A stretch of DNA of 64,000 nucleotides. It comes from Macrostomum lignano. Its lineage: Eukaryota. Each line of letters starts with the position of its first letter. Positions within the stretch are counted from its first letter, which is position 1. The notes under the pieces were generated by a model. The model was not told where the DNA came from. It did not search any database and worked only from the letters and a program-made list of their open reading frames with translations. The position numbers were made by a program, and so were the translations under genes. Where the stretch lies: positions 1 to 64,000 of the forward strand of contig NIVC01001558.1 in assembly GCA_002269645.1 (NCBI GenBank), in the 5' to 3' direction. Below are positions 49,785-64,000 of the stretch, one piece after another.

Positions 49785-50423
49785 TCCCAGATCCTCAGTT
49801 ACTGGGCCAGACTCCCAGATCCTCAGTTACTGAGCCACCGCCAGCGCCTCCCAGATCCTCAGTTACTGGGCCAGCCTCCCAGATCCTCAGTTACTGAGCC
49901 ACCGCCAGCGCCTCCCAGATCCTCAGTTACTGGGCCAGCCTCCCAGATCCTCAGCTCCTGGGCCAGCCTCCCAGATCCTCAGTTACTGGGCCAGCCTCCC
50001 AGATCCTCAGCTCCTGGGCCAGACTCCCAGATCCTCAGTTGCTGGGCCAGCCTCTTGGATTCTCAGTTGCTGGGACAGACTCCCAGATTCTCAGTTGCTG
50101 GGACAGACTCCCACAGACTCCCAGATTCTCAGTTGCTGGGCCAGCCTCTTGGATTCTCAGTTGCTGGGACAGACTCCCAGTTCCCAGTTGCTGGGCCAGC
50201 CTCTTGGATTCTCAGTTGCTGGGACAGACTCCCAGATTCTCAGTTGCTGGGCCAGCCTCTTGGATTCTCAGTTGCTGGGTCAGACTCCCAGATCCTCAGT
50301 TACTGGGCCAGCCTCTTGGATTCTCAGTTGCTGGGCCAGCCTCTTGGATTCTCAGTTGCTGGGTCATCCTCCCAGATCCTCAGGCATTGCCGCCACCCTT
50401 CCAGACCCTCAGAGTGGGCCATT

Positions 50424-50487
<64 letters not shown>
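49785..50487. repeat. ~28-bp minisatellite (CTCCCAGATCCTCAGTTACTGGGCCAGC and variants) followed by (CT)n
   Basis: Direct inspection. Confidence 0.92.
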
Positions 50488-50491
<4 letters not shown>

Positions 50492-50673
50492 CTATTCAAT
50501 ACAATGCATTCATTTCAGGCAGTCATATATAAATACAGACAACAATAGAAAATGATTCAAATTTCACATGAGGAGGCGCAATCCGGCTCTGTAGAGGCTA
50601 TTACTAATCTTGCTAATTATAAACTGTCATTGGTACGCTTTTGTAGTGTTAAATTACTTTTTCAGTAGATTAA

Positions 50674-52245
<1,572 letters not shown>

Positions 52246-52519
52246 CCGTTTTCACCTTTTTATACTCAATATTTCAATAAAGTCGGTTGTAAAATGAGTG
52301 CATTTTTAACTAAGATTAATTTAAGATTCTGTTTTTAATTCTTGGTATCTCCTGATTGCAATTGTCTTTTATTTGATAATTAATAATAATAATGTTTGAA
52401 TACACCTGCCCTAATGGCCAGATGTGCAACCGACAGCTCAGCCGCAGCTATTGCGCGGCGCATCTGAAGGCTGCGTACGGCTGTTCAGTCCAAGGACTGG
52501 GGGGTCGCCACACACAGCC

Positions 52520-52640
52520 TCAATTGCCCCAGCTAATGCTGGCACCCATTTTACAGCTGGGTGAACTGAAGCAATGCAGAGTTAAGTGTCTTGCTTAAGG
52601 ACACAAATTGTTCCAGTGGGTCACGATCAAGAATCTAGCC
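52520..52640 (+). mobile_element. SINE/L2-type 3' region fragment
   Basis: GCTGGCACCCATTTTACAGCTGGGTGAACTGAAGCAATGCAGAGTTAAGTGTCTTGCTTAAGGACACAA resembles, from memory, widespread MIR/CORE-like SINE tails. Confidence 0.5.
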
Positions 52641-53303
52641 AAAGGCTACAACCCCCTTTACAGTGTTATTTAAAATATTGTTTACATTGGCTTTTAATGA
52701 GCATCAGCAAACTAGAAAACAATAATATAATATTCAGAAAGTCAGGGCACCTCAGCACAACATCATTTTCATTCACACTAATTATTATTTAACAGTAGTC
52801 ACATGAGCAAGTGTTATTTAAATATTTATTTTATACGACAGTACTATCACGGCATTGCGAAATCGAATATCACAGGCTACACGCGCTATTATTCAGCAGT
52901 ATTGTATGTCGGATACTTATAAAAGTTACTGACAAGAATTAAAAAGTGCAAATTGTACTTGTGTAAGAGTGCAACCAGCCTAGAAAATTTTAGGTTTAAG
53001 TGCCAACTCCAGTAGAAGGATTGAGCTTGATTTCTTAGACATTTTTAAAGGTTCGAACATAATTTATTTGGATACTTGTTTTGTAAAACCGGCCCTCAAT
53101 TCTTTTCTAAGAAACTAATAGACCCGTCCTTCCACTTAAGTCGTGCTTGGAGAAAAAGCTGTCCAAAGGCTTGTAATGAAGTTTTGGTCTGGCTGTTGGA
53201 TTTGACACTAGCTCGGTACAGGCTTGAATGGCACAATAAATCAGTATCACATTAATCGCATTAAACCACGCGGCCATCACAAATGTACAGTAGACATAGT
53301 GCA

Positions 53304-56300
53304 TCACCGATAGCCATGGTAGTCGAGGTAACGGTAGGAGTCGGCCGCCATCAGCGCATTTGCCAACGCCTGCGATTTGCGCGAGCGCCTCAACGCCAGC
53401 CGGGTGATCCGGGCCCGCTGGCGCTCCAGCTTCTCCTCCTGACGGCGCTGCTCCTCCTTCCTGCGGAGCCATCTGGAGCGGGGAGGGGGAGGTGCAAGGA
53501 CCACTGCGTCATCTGCTTCAATTCCAGTCCAAGTGTTGTCCAAGGACCACTAGTGCGCAGCTATGTTAATCAGAGTTTAAAAAAACTGGGTTTTTTAAGC
53601 GTCACAATCACGGTGTCGTTAATTAAAAAAGTTTTGATACTTCAAATAATTATGCATTCTAGTTAAAATGCGGAGCTTGTATTAAATGGCTTGGAAACAA
53701 CTAGGTGCTAATTTCAAATTCAGGATGCACATGTACGAGAGTAGGACCAGCTCTGCACTGCATTAGGAATGCACGATGGCAGTTGTGACCCTGCGGTCTC
53801 AGCCCCCACCGTAGCCGCACCGTTTCCATGTAACCATGTGCGTGTTTGGATGTAACCATGTGTGTGTTTCCATGTAACCATGCGTGTGTTTCCATGTAAC
53901 CATGTGCGTGTTTGCATGTAACCATGTGTGTGTTTCCATGAAACCATGCGTGTGTTTGCATGTAACCATGCGTGTGTTTCCATGTAACCATGTGCGTGTT
54001 TGCATGTAACCATGCGTGTGTTTCCATGAAACCATGCGTGTGTTTGCATGTAACCATGCGTGTGTTTCCATGTAACCATGTGCGTGTTTGCATGTAACCA
54101 TGTGTGTGTTTCCATGTAACCATGCGTGTGTTTGCATGTAACCATGCGTGTGTTTCCATGTAACCATGTGCGTGTTTGCATGTAACCATGCGTTTGTTTC
54201 CATGTAACCATGCGTGTGTTTCCATGTAACCATGCGTGTGTTTGCATGTAACCATGTGCGTGTTTGCATGTAACCATGCGTGTGTTTCCATGTTACCATG
54301 TGCGTGTTTGCATGTAACCATGTGCGTGTTTGCATGTAACCATGCGTGTGTTTCCATGTAACCATGTGTGTTTGTTTCCATGTAACCATGTGTGTTTGTT
54401 TCCATGTGACTATGCGCGTGTTTGCATGTAACCATGTGCGTGTTTGTTTCCATGTAACTATGCGTGTGTTTGTTTCCATGTAACCATGCGCGTGTTTCCA
54501 TGTAACCATGCGTGTGTTTGCATGTAACCATGCGCGTGTTTCCATGTAACCATGCGCGTGTTTCCATGTAACCATGCGCGTGTTTCCATGTAACCATGCG
54601 CGTGTTTCCATGTAACCATGTGTTTGTTTCCATGTAACCACGTGCGTGTTTGCATGTAACCATGCGCGTGTTTCCATGTAACCATGTGTTTGTTTCCATG
54701 TAACCACGTGCGTGTTTCCATGTAACCATGCGCGTGTTTCCATGTAACCATGCGCGTGTTTCCATGTAACCATGAGTTTGTTTCCATGTAACCACGTGCG
54801 TGTTTCCATGTAACCATGCGCGTGTTTCCATGTAACCATGCGCGTGTTTCCATGTAACCATGCACGTGTTTCCATGTAACCACGAATACTCGGCCCTGCT
54901 CACTGCTTGAACGCCCGCCTGCAGTCCTCCTGCGAGTGCTGATCCGAGCCGCCTCTGCTGCCGGCCTCCTCTGCCTCCGGATCTTCGCCCCGTCGCCGAT
55001 GCTCCCGCTTGGCTGCCAGCCACTGCTCGAAGCTTATCCGGTCTTTCTCGCCGTCCCGTTGGCGTCGTCGTTCCTCATCGTCGCGCTCCGCCTGCTCCCG
55101 TTGGCGCCGCTCGTCCTCAGCTTTCTGACGCTTCCGAGCCAGCCAGGACTGATAGGCGGCCTCGTTGTCCTCCGGTGACTTGTCGTCGACAGACTTGGCG
55201 GAGGCCTGCCGCTGCCGCTGCCGCTGCTCGGCTTCGGTTCTCTGCTGCTCCCGCTTCCGTCGCAGCCAGGCGTCGAAAGCGGCCGAGTTCTCGCGCCGCC
55301 GCTCCTCGTCCTGTTCGTCTCGACGTCGCTGCTCCTCCGGACGGGCGGCCTTGGCGCTGCCGGCCCGATTGTTCTGCTGACGGTCGCCGCCGCCGCCACT
55401 TTGCCGATTCGCGGTTGACGAAGCCTTTGGTTGAGATTGAGTTTGGTTGCTCAGTTTGTTGAAACTTGTGCGGTTGCTATGCGGAAGGGACATACCAAGG
55501 ACTACTCAAGTAGAAGGACGGAAACTACGTTTCTTGGAAAATGTTAACAGGCAGGTTTTACCGAAAAATACATTAGGGATATCGGAGGTTTTCATTTGTT
55601 CAGCATAAAATTTGTTTTTGCTTTTGATAGGAGGCAGACCCAGTATTCATCTTTTAATATGACTTGCCTGTCTCAAAGTTCTACTGATATTTACAAAGTT
55701 TTTCGTTTAGAAAATTAGAATTCTATGTAAATTTTATATCCTACATACACGTTGTATACCTTAAAATCATAAAAATGGCACATCTCGACTCGTTGGTTCT
55801 ATGAATCTACTTTATCATTACGAGCTATGTTGCACATTTTGTTACTACGATTGCAAGTAGGATAAAAAACTAACATGAAAAATCCATAATGTAATGTATT
55901 GTTTTCGGTAAAACCTGCCTCCTAAAATTTTCCAAGAAACGTTGTTTTCCGTCCTTCTATTTGAGTGGATGGATTTGGAGAGGAGTTGGATGGTGGGATT
56001 GAGGTCATGGGATTCAGCTGATGTATTTCAGGGAATGGAATTCCGGTGATGGGAGTTCTTCCCCTTTCTCCTCCAAAGGAGGAGTTCCACTCGTACTACT
56101 ATAGTACTTCTTACTAAACGACGGCCTCCGCATGGGTTCGGCAATGCTATTGGTGTGTTGAATCGCTCAGCGACTTACCGACTTCGCCCGGGAATTCCTG
56201 CCGGACTTGGCGCCCTCGCCGGACTCTTCATCGTCGCTGATGTCGAATGCTTCGTCAGCCTCCACGTCGCTCTTGTTGACATAGCGAATTTTTCCGTCGT

Positions 56301-56831
56301 TAACCACCACGACCTTCTTGGAGCGGGGCGAAGAGTCCTGATCGCCCCCTGACGTAGAAGAATTCCTCGCCTCTTCCGAGTCCGCGCCTTCGGAGTCCGT
56401 GCCGCGTTCGAGAGGTGGCGCCGACTCGTCTTCCGGAGTGGTTGGCGCCACCTGCGGTTGCAGCAGCGTGGTGCTTAATGGTATGATCTCTGGGGTGGCG
56501 AATTAAAGTAAAGATGATGCACAACAACAAGTTTATCAAGCCATTTTTTCCGAAATGCTACCGGAGACCGGCAAGCAAGCGTAGCTCCGACGAAATTTCA
56601 ATCTATCTCTTTCGTGTATTTTTTCGAACGAAATCGTCTATGGCAGAAGCTCTGCGCGTCAACGGTCAAACAAATTGAATGGCCTTACCTGTACGAGATT
56701 CTCGCTGAACCGGATGCGCGGCTTCCGGCCGCCAGCCTGGCCGTCGTCTTCTTGCGGCACCGGCTCGTTTTCCAGACGGGCGTTCAGCTGTCCGAGGCGG
56801 GCCCGCGTCTCCTCGTAGTCCGGCGCCGGGT
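53304..56831 (-). CDS. CCDC181: Coiled-coil domain-containing protein 181-like; exons 56831-56689, 56451-56179, ~55470-54904 (5' edge unresolved), 53472-53304; possible ATG-G micro coding exon at 57301-57298
   Basis: RKPRIRFSENLVQ, KVVVVNDGKIRYVN, repeated AF..WL..K motifs, C-terminal RLALRRSRKSQ...YRYLDYHGY resemble CCDC181; most junctions phase-compatible. Confidence 0.7.
53822..54885. repeat. 22-bp minisatellite (CATGTAACCATGCGTGTGTTTC) in the last CCDC181 intron
   Basis: About 48 copies; explains ORFs 53701-55023. Confidence 0.97.
55502..55968. mobile_element. MITE with ~75-bp TIRs in a CCDC181 intron
   Basis: CTACTCAAGTAGAAGGACGGAAACTACGTTTCTTGGAAAAT... and ...ATTTTCCAAGAAACGTTGTTTTCCGTCCTTCTATTTGAGTGG; second copy at 63292. 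Confidence 0.85.
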
Positions 56832-58539
56832 CTGCAGTGGACAGTTCCGGATTTTTCCGGATTTATTTTTCTAATCAGCAGTTCAATAAAAAATCAAAAA
56901 ACCAGAATGTCTTAATTCACTCAAGTTAGGTTTCAATTACTTTTTATTCATTGTAATGATATAGGCGATAATTTCAAATCTAACATGCAATAGAACATGT
57001 GGCCCTAAAATGGCCTAAATTGTTCTTTTTGTTATTATCTTCAGATGCACAACATCGAAGGGTATGCGCAGAATGATAGCCAACAAAGATCTATAAAGAG
57101 ATTTTCTAATTAATTAATAAAGAATCGATAATATGTGCATATATACACCGTATGCAGAGCACAGAATAAAACAAACATTTTATCAAGTTAATTAACAGTC
57201 AGTACTCATACAATAAATCAATAATTAACCATTTAATGTGTTAAGATATAAAAGAAGGATTGGCATGTTTTGTGCTTGTCGATCATTAAATACTTACCCA
57301 TTAAGAGCTGATAAAATTCTGCATCTTTTTCTTCTGCAATAAAAAAGCATTCATTTTGGTCTTTGATCCAGAATGCATCTGTGAGTTAGTAAGCCATATT
57401 GAAATAGCCAGCTTAAACTCACCATTCCAGTCTTCAGGCTCTGTTTGCTGAAGGCGTTCTATTTCAGCTGTTGTTGACTTTGGGTACCCTTTGCTATATT
57501 GATCTGTTTGATGATCCTCTGAGTCTGACATTTGTAATTTTGCAGTAATATAAAATTACTTTAAAATTGGCAAGCCTTCAAGTCAAATTTTAATAATCAT
57601 TTGAGAAAGTGGTGATGGATACAAAAGGACAAATTTAAAGCAATGCTATGGTTTGACAGATATCAAAATACTCAGTAGCCCTTTCAACCTGACATCTCAC
57701 ATGCACATTGTAGTTTCTATAGTACTGTCTAATTCATGTATGAAAATAAATTCATATTAAGATTTATACTATACATAGTATTTAAATAATGTTACTACTT
57801 TTAGACAGATTGGATAAGAAAGGCATTCAATATTAGCCAGCACCCTTTTTTGTAGACTCTAGAACATATGTTTTAAATGTATCATTTATATAGATTGTCA
57901 GTTACTAGCTTTAATAAAGTATATCACAAGTTTAACTTAAAAAAAAATGCACATGAACAACTTCAAGGAAAAAATCACTAATTTATAACTTTGAACAAGT
58001 AATTTTGAAGCTAGATAGGCCTATGGCTATGTTTAGCATCTTTTCATTTTTTGTCATTGCATTTTCAATTCAGTAGAAATTTTTTCTATGGATCATACTT
58101 GATAATCAAGATAAATAAATGCTAAAAATATACCTGTACGCCTAGGCTTATTGATAAGCATATCCAACTATTAAGCCTTTAAAACGATTAGCAGTTACTG
58201 TTTTTTTACCCAGCTGCTGCAATAAAGGTATTTGATCAAAAGCTTTTGTATTTTTAATTCGGTGGCGTTTCAGAAACTAAACTCTTCATAATTATTTTCT
58301 AAAGCAATTGATATCAACAGAAATATTGTAAAAAAAGCAATATATACAATACATACACATTATACATATACAAATATCGTTATGTATCACATGAAGAAAT
58401 TATTTATAAACATTATACGATTAAGACCATTTATTTCACTTAAAGTCAGTATTTGAAATTATTCCAGTGTCACGTCGAACGCGTTGCTATGGTTTTCTCA
58501 TGAAGTCGCATTTAACGAGTTTTGAAAAAACGCAACGTG

Positions 58540-59523
58540 TATCTACATCGAAGAAGTAAATGAATTTAAATACCTGGGAATTATTTTTGAACCAAAAAAC
58601 AGCTTTAAAAATGTATTGAACACCAAACTAAGCAGGGATATACAGCCATGTTTTCCCTACTCCATAGGGTAAAGAATACGTCCCTAGACATCACACTCAT
58701 TCGCAGACTATTTGACGCGCTTGTTACCCCCGTTATCACTTACGGTTGTGAGCTCTGGGGCCCTCTGGCTACCATGTCTGATACAAAAGCTATTGATAAT
58801 ATTCAGCTGAAATTCTACAAATATCTCCTCAATCTACCAAAATTTGCTAGCAACAGTGTGATATCATCAGAACTTGAGCTTACTCCAATCTCTCAACGAA
58901 TCGCTAAAACCTACCTCATCTACTGGCTGAAGATTAGACACAAAAAACTCTGCCAAACGACTCTAGAAATTTTCTACTCAAGCACCGGCCAAAAAAATCC
59001 ATGGAAAATGAATGTACTAAAGAAACTAGAAAGTATAGACCTAAAAGCACTAACTGAAGATAAACTTTCCCAAAGCTTTAATAGCGAGAAATACCTAGTG
59101 AAAAAGCACCTCAAGATACACAGAGAAAGAGAACTTAGCCAAAAGCTAGAGAATCAGCAACATATTAAACTCTACAAAAACGCCTATCTCTACAAAAAAA
59201 TCTGCAGGCCCGACCTTTCAGATTACTTCCCATGTACATTTAGAAACAAAAAATTCTTAACAACCCTCCTAAAACTGAAATGCGAGATTACACCCAACTT
59301 TTTTTCTCAAGAACCATGTAAATTGTGTGGAGCGCGAAATGGTTCTGAAATTCTACACTACTTGACCGAATGTCCACAAACTGAAGAGATCAGGAAAAAA
59401 TACTTCTGTCAATACCTCTTAAATAGCAATCAAATACACAAGATAGGATATGCTACAAATGAAAAAAGAGTCAGAAAAGAACTCACTGGTGTAGCTAAAA
59501 TATATGAAGTCATGAATAGCTAA
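58540..59523 (+). mobile_element. 5'-truncated non-LTR retrotransposon (LINE) ORF2 C-terminus
   Basis: EEVNEFKYLGIIF (end of RT, upstream frame), LFDALVTPVITYGCELWG thumb region, C-terminal CCHC knuckle CKLCG...EILHYLTECP. Confidence 0.88.
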
Positions 59524-60208
59524 AACAGTTAAACAAACTGAATCAGATACATTAGCAGTGTAACAAATCCGCTTTTCAGTTGTTTATTCATTTACTGTCT
59601 TTTTTAATTCCCTATTTAAATCGTCGTTATTCGTTAAACGTAAAGTTCTTCCGAAGTATTGTTTATGTTCGTTTTTTCACGCTTTGAAATATCACGCGCT
59701 TTCAAAAATACTACATCTTTTTTTACAAACTCGCTTACCAAAGTAATCTCGCAATTAAAGCTATACCTCGTAATTTGTACTCATTTTTGTATTAATATTT
59801 ATACTCGTTGTTAGTTGTTAGTCGTCACTTTTCGTCCAAAAATACCGTAAAAATTCTGGCGCGCTTTCAAATATTTTATCTTTTACAATAACTCTAACTC
59901 TTACTACTACTAACTCGCGGCAAATCGTCTTTATAAACTTCTATTTCGAAAACTTTTCCAAATACATAGCTCTATAATATATTGGCCAAACAGGCTAATT
60001 GCCTGAGCCAAATTCTCTTACTACTACTACTACATCATAGTAGAATATAATATTTTGTGTGAATTTTTCTTACTTTCTGTATCGTGCATTTTTATTTTAC
60101 ACAGGTATTGCGGTTATTTTTGTTTCCTACTTAATTAGTTAAGATGGTTCTTACCCTCTAATAATTCTAATAGTGCTACATACGTTTACAAGAAATACTA
60201 TTCTGTAA

Positions 60209-60609
60209 AGGGGCGTCGCTACCGGGGGGGGGGGGACAGGGGCAGGGGGGCATGAAAAATGCTTTGCCCAACCTTGTAACCTGTTATGGAAATCAATATT
60301 TTTGCTTCAGGGCGACAAAACATAGTGGCCGCGAAATAAGTGCCTGTGGCGCTAAAAATGAGTTCCCGCAGTGCGAAAAAGTGCCCAAAATGAGTGGCTG
60401 CGGCGCTAAAATTAGTGTCTATGGAGCCAAAATGATTGTGCCTGCGGCGCCAAAATGAGAGTGCTTGCGGTGCCAAAATGAGCGCTGACAACACTGATTC
60501 AGAAAATACGCTCGTATAATTAATGTAACATGTAGGAATTTATTAGTCATGTACATGTAGAATTCCTGGCTTTTCCCCGCCCACCATAAAATCCATGGTC
60601 AACGCGCCT
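60209..60609. mobile_element. hAT-like MITE with ~21-bp internal subrepeats
   Basis: Left end AGGGGCGTCGCTACCGGGGGGG; internal GCGGCGCCAAAATGAG repeats; degenerate right end AACGCGCCTT. Confidence 0.55.
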
Positions 60610-61272
60610 TATTATTTAATGTTCAAACATGGTGATTTTTTCAATGATAACATAAAATCTGAAAAGATAACCAATTTTTTATGGTTGGTGTCGTACCGAC
60701 TCTTGGTACTCTTACTATGGGTGTCCGGGTGTGAAGAGGTTTTTTTTTTAAATAAACGTTAAACCCGGCCGGTCGATCGATCCACTCAGCTTTATATTAA
60801 TTATATATAATTAGAGATGCTATTGGGCGAACCGCAGCGACGTGTAACATGTACAATCGTATATGCATGGACAAGGAACTGCATACAGCTCATTCTAAGA
60901 TCAAGGAAGAAACCCTAAAGAATGCTGCCGGTATTTAGAGACCCAAGCTGCATGGTTACCCTTATTGAGAAAAGGTGCCATCTAAAAATCCAAAATGATT
61001 TAGTAGAGTGAATTGTGTCATGCATCGTTGTGTATATTAATCAATAGCAATTACGCTGGACCTTTTGAAGCCTTTATATTCACAATAACAGCATGCACTG
61101 CACACTTAAGTTAAGTGAGCAGCAGTTTTACAGTTTTAATTCAACATGTTCACTGGTTTACTTTTCTTTTGTTTTATTGACTCATTGACATTAGTAAATA
61201 TATTCTTAATCAGTATAGTCTGAATAAATTGTAACAAACTGGGCTGGTCTCTAGAGTCAACGTAGTCTTTCC

Positions 61273-61758
61273 TTAATTTATGATGCTGAGACACGAACTA
61301 TCACTTCTTTCGCTTTCTTTAACAAAGCCTTTTCCAAAAATCAGCCAGTTCTTCACGTCCATCTTGCTGAGGTCCATCGGCTTCATTTCGGGATCCTTCA
61401 TGTTGCTAGCCAATGCCGTTAGATTGAATCCTTTCGGCTTGCTCTGGCCGGTCTGTTGCAGCAACATCAGCCTCTCCTGGTACAGGATGATCTCACGCAG
61501 CATCTGGCTGATGTTGGGGTAGCCGTGACTCTCCTTGCGCTTAAATATGCACTCTTTATTCACGTAGACGTCAAACGTGCCAAAGTCGTCAGTCTCGTAG
61601 CCGTCAATGTTGACATCCCAGAAGTGCTTCATCACGGCGCTCCTAATTGCGTAGAATGCCACTACATTTGGCTGAATTCCACAGAATCGAATCTCGATTC
61701 GCAGTGGTTCCTTCTTCTGCGGGCCCTTTGGGGCGTCGCTTTGTCTCGTGGTGGACAT
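61273..61758 (-). CDS. Rdx-family (SelW/SelH/MIEN1-like) thioredoxin-fold protein with C-terminal extension, 161 aa
   Basis: LRIEIRFCGIQ...FGTFDVYVNKECIFKRK...GYPN matches the I.YC..C/U ... G.FEV.V...LI.SK...GFP pattern; intronless ORF with ATG. Confidence 0.72.
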   Translation of the reverse strand: MSTTRQSDAPKGPQKKEPLRIEIRFCGIQPNVVAFYAIRSAVMKHFWDVNIDGYETDDFGTFDVYVNKECIFKRKESHGYPNISQMLREIILYQERLMLLQQTGQSKPKGFNLTALASNMKDPEMKPMDLSKMDVKNWLIFGKGFVKESERSDSSCLSIIN

Positions 61759-63291
61759 CGAATTTCGTTTTTGCGAAGTCGAATAGTCGGTTTTTACAAT
61801 TAATTAATTGCTGCATGCAGCTACGTGTGAGTTTGCAGGCATCTCTCGTGTTCCCAGAGACTGAAATTATTACTAAAAGTGCATAATTTGGGTACATTCA
61901 AAACCAAAGACAAAAAATGCTAAATAAGTCATAACAATCGGTTAATGTATAGAATATGTGGTAAAAGCAATTTTTTAACTCCCTGGCATGTTTGGGGTTG
62001 AATTTTACGAAGCACGCCTGATAACGGGATAAAAACAAGCTAGCAAACCAGTGGTTTTGCCAATAGTGATTTTATACGAAGCGACGTGGTTAAGTTAACT
62101 AGCAATCCAGATTAAACCGTGAGTTACATGTTGGCATATTGTATGATGGTATATGCTCTATGCTTCTAATGATGCTATATGTTCATGTTTGCATGGCTAT
62201 TGATAAATGCTAAAGAATTTGAAATATGAATGACACTAATGTTGGGTAAAGTCAATATTTATAACGCTCGTATTTAACTAGTTTACATATAAATAGAACG
62301 AAACAGTAGCAGAACAGACTTGAACAGAAACAGCAGACGTACTTGCGTACAGCAGGTAGTTTCATAGTTTATTCCATTTAGTTAATTCAGTTACACTGAA
62401 CCTGTCAGTCTCTGTTGATTTCCATCCTGACCACCAGACATCTCGGTACAAATTAAGCTGAAGCATGCACTTGTTCTGCTCCCGTTCACTGTCATATCAG
62501 CAAAGTGCCAGTAGTTCGTCTCGGCGATAACTCGTATATGACATATACTCAGCAACATCGAAAAGTCGCCATCACAAAAGATTCCGTCTGTGGTCGCCAC
62601 TTTTGAGAGTGCAGGTAAAGTCTCTCAATCTTTGCGAGTGACGCAACTCAGCTACGCCGCGGCAGACTTGGATTGAGGAATGAAGTGGGGAGAGCGGTGT
62701 GCGAGGGTTGGACGGATTAAAGCTACTCCTCAGTTTTCTCACATTTTTTATTTTAGAATAGTCCAAGAGAAATTTCTCTTGGAGTATGCTACTGCCCTGG
62801 CTTAACTGTTTATTCCTGCATGTACTCAGTTTTTTGTTTAATAAACATGTTGTTTATGGCCTTTGCCTAGTTTTACCGATAACTAAGCTGATATACTGGC
62901 TAATTTAGCTTGCCGTTGCATGGCAGGCATGCCTTAGTTAATGTACATGTATTAATGCTTTAATATCACGAGTTATACCATTTATAGAGCACACTTAAGA
63001 AGCAATGAAATATCTTTATATTTGTAATCATAGATACGATATACATTAGCATGTAAAAAGCAAGTCCTGGATCGCGATCATCACGGGTTCCGGTGTCCCG
63101 TTCGCAAGCATTTGGATCGCATTCTTGATATTCAGAATGAGGTCTGAAGAATTAGACTAAGACAACTGTCGTACACTCGGCCTATCCAAATTTCGCTTCC
63201 AAATTCAACACCGCTTTAGATTTGTTGTCAAATTCCTAACAGTCTCATATTTGTTTGTTTGTTTATTAATACTAATTGGAAGTATTGCAAT

Positions 63292-63520
63292 ACTACTCAA
63301 GTAGAATTTTCTTGGAAAATTTTAGGAGGCAGATTCTACCGAAAATATTGAGATAGGAGGTTTTTATTTTGCAGCACAAAAATTGTTTTTGCTTTTGATA
63401 GGAGGCAGACCTAATGTTTATCTTTTGATATGTTGTGCCTTTCTTATAGCTCTATAGATATTCATAAAATTAAGTTTTTCGTTTCGAAAATTAGAAATAT
63501 ATGTTAATTTTATATCCTAC
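63292..63520. mobile_element. Truncated second copy of the 55502-55968 MITE
   Basis: Shares ACTACTCAAGTAGA, TTTTGCTTTTGATAGGAGGCAGACC and GAAAATTAGAA...TTTATATCCTAC. Confidence 0.8.
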
Positions 63521-63743
63521 GTCCAAGTACCTGTCCTATACAAGATAAAGAAATTTAGCCCTATAAACACCAATCTCATTATAAGTGCATTTTAAAGTGA
63601 AATGGGACCTACCAAGGTGTTTTTTATATGATTTTCAATTGTTGTGTCCTCTTGATACCTTTTGGTGGTCCTTGGAAGCCGGACCTGGATGACGGTCCGA
63701 GCCAAGGACCAGTCAACCCCCCCCCCTGTCTCCGCTTCAAGGT

Positions 63744-64000
63744 TCACATGATGAAGCAGCGCCAGCCGCTCCTTCCCAGCTCCTTCTTGCCGGGCGGTCC
63801 GCGGCCCAGCCTGGCCGCCTCCTCGAACACGGCGCAGACTCCGTCCTGAGTCAGGGCGGAGCACTCCAGGTAGCGCACCGCTCCGATGTCCTTGGCCATC
63901 GCCATTCCCTGCAGCCGGCTGATGCACCGGCCAGGCGGGCTGTCCTGCCGCCGGAGGTCCAGCTTGGTGCCAACCAGCAGCAGGGGGGCCAGCGGGCAGA
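63744..64000 (-). CDS. Rho-family (Rac-like) small GTPase, C-terminal part; runs off the window end
   Basis: [12 protein letters not shown] (G4), [19 protein letters not shown] (G5), CAAX box CFIM before TGA at 63746-63744. Confidence 0.92.
   Translation of the reverse strand, partial: CPLAPLLLVGTKLDLRRQDSPPGRCISRLQGMAMAKDIGAVRYLECSALTQDGVCAVFEEAARLGRGPPGKKELGRSGWRCFIM

Noticed and set aside
53701-55023. 440-aa His/Trp-rich ORF and overlapping ORFs
   Set aside because: Translation of the 22-bp intronic repeat.

Overview
Eukaryotic (animal) genomic DNA. GC-rich exons, GT-AG introns packed with private minisatellites and splice acceptors just upstream of the ORFs look like a free-living flatworm such as Macrostomum; that assignment is inference. 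Genes in order: a frameshifted class A peptide GPCR (+), INCENP (-), an intronless Shaker/Kv1 channel, then a co-oriented + strand run of SPCS2, NOSIP, PIG-U, FAAH2 and ALKBH6, followed on the - strand by CCDC181, an Rdx/SelW-like protein and the 3' end of a Rac-like GTPase. A ~14 kb AT-rich, CpG-depleted block (15.3-29.3 kb) holds MITEs, a Helentron-like element and a PHD-FLYWCH relic. Best leads: (1) a 297-bp MITE with perfect 14-bp TIRs and an 8-bp TSD that carries the 28S rRNA segment targeted by R2 elements; (2) PIG-U and ALKBH6 lack an in-frame ATG but start at phase-0 splice acceptors, as expected if a flatworm spliced leader donates the AUG in an operon-like cluster; (3) a strong local excess of TAGGCCTA that may be transposon excision footprints; (4) an INCENP intron minisatellite built from the splice donor itself. 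All coordinates, counts and alignments were made by eye and no database search was run.
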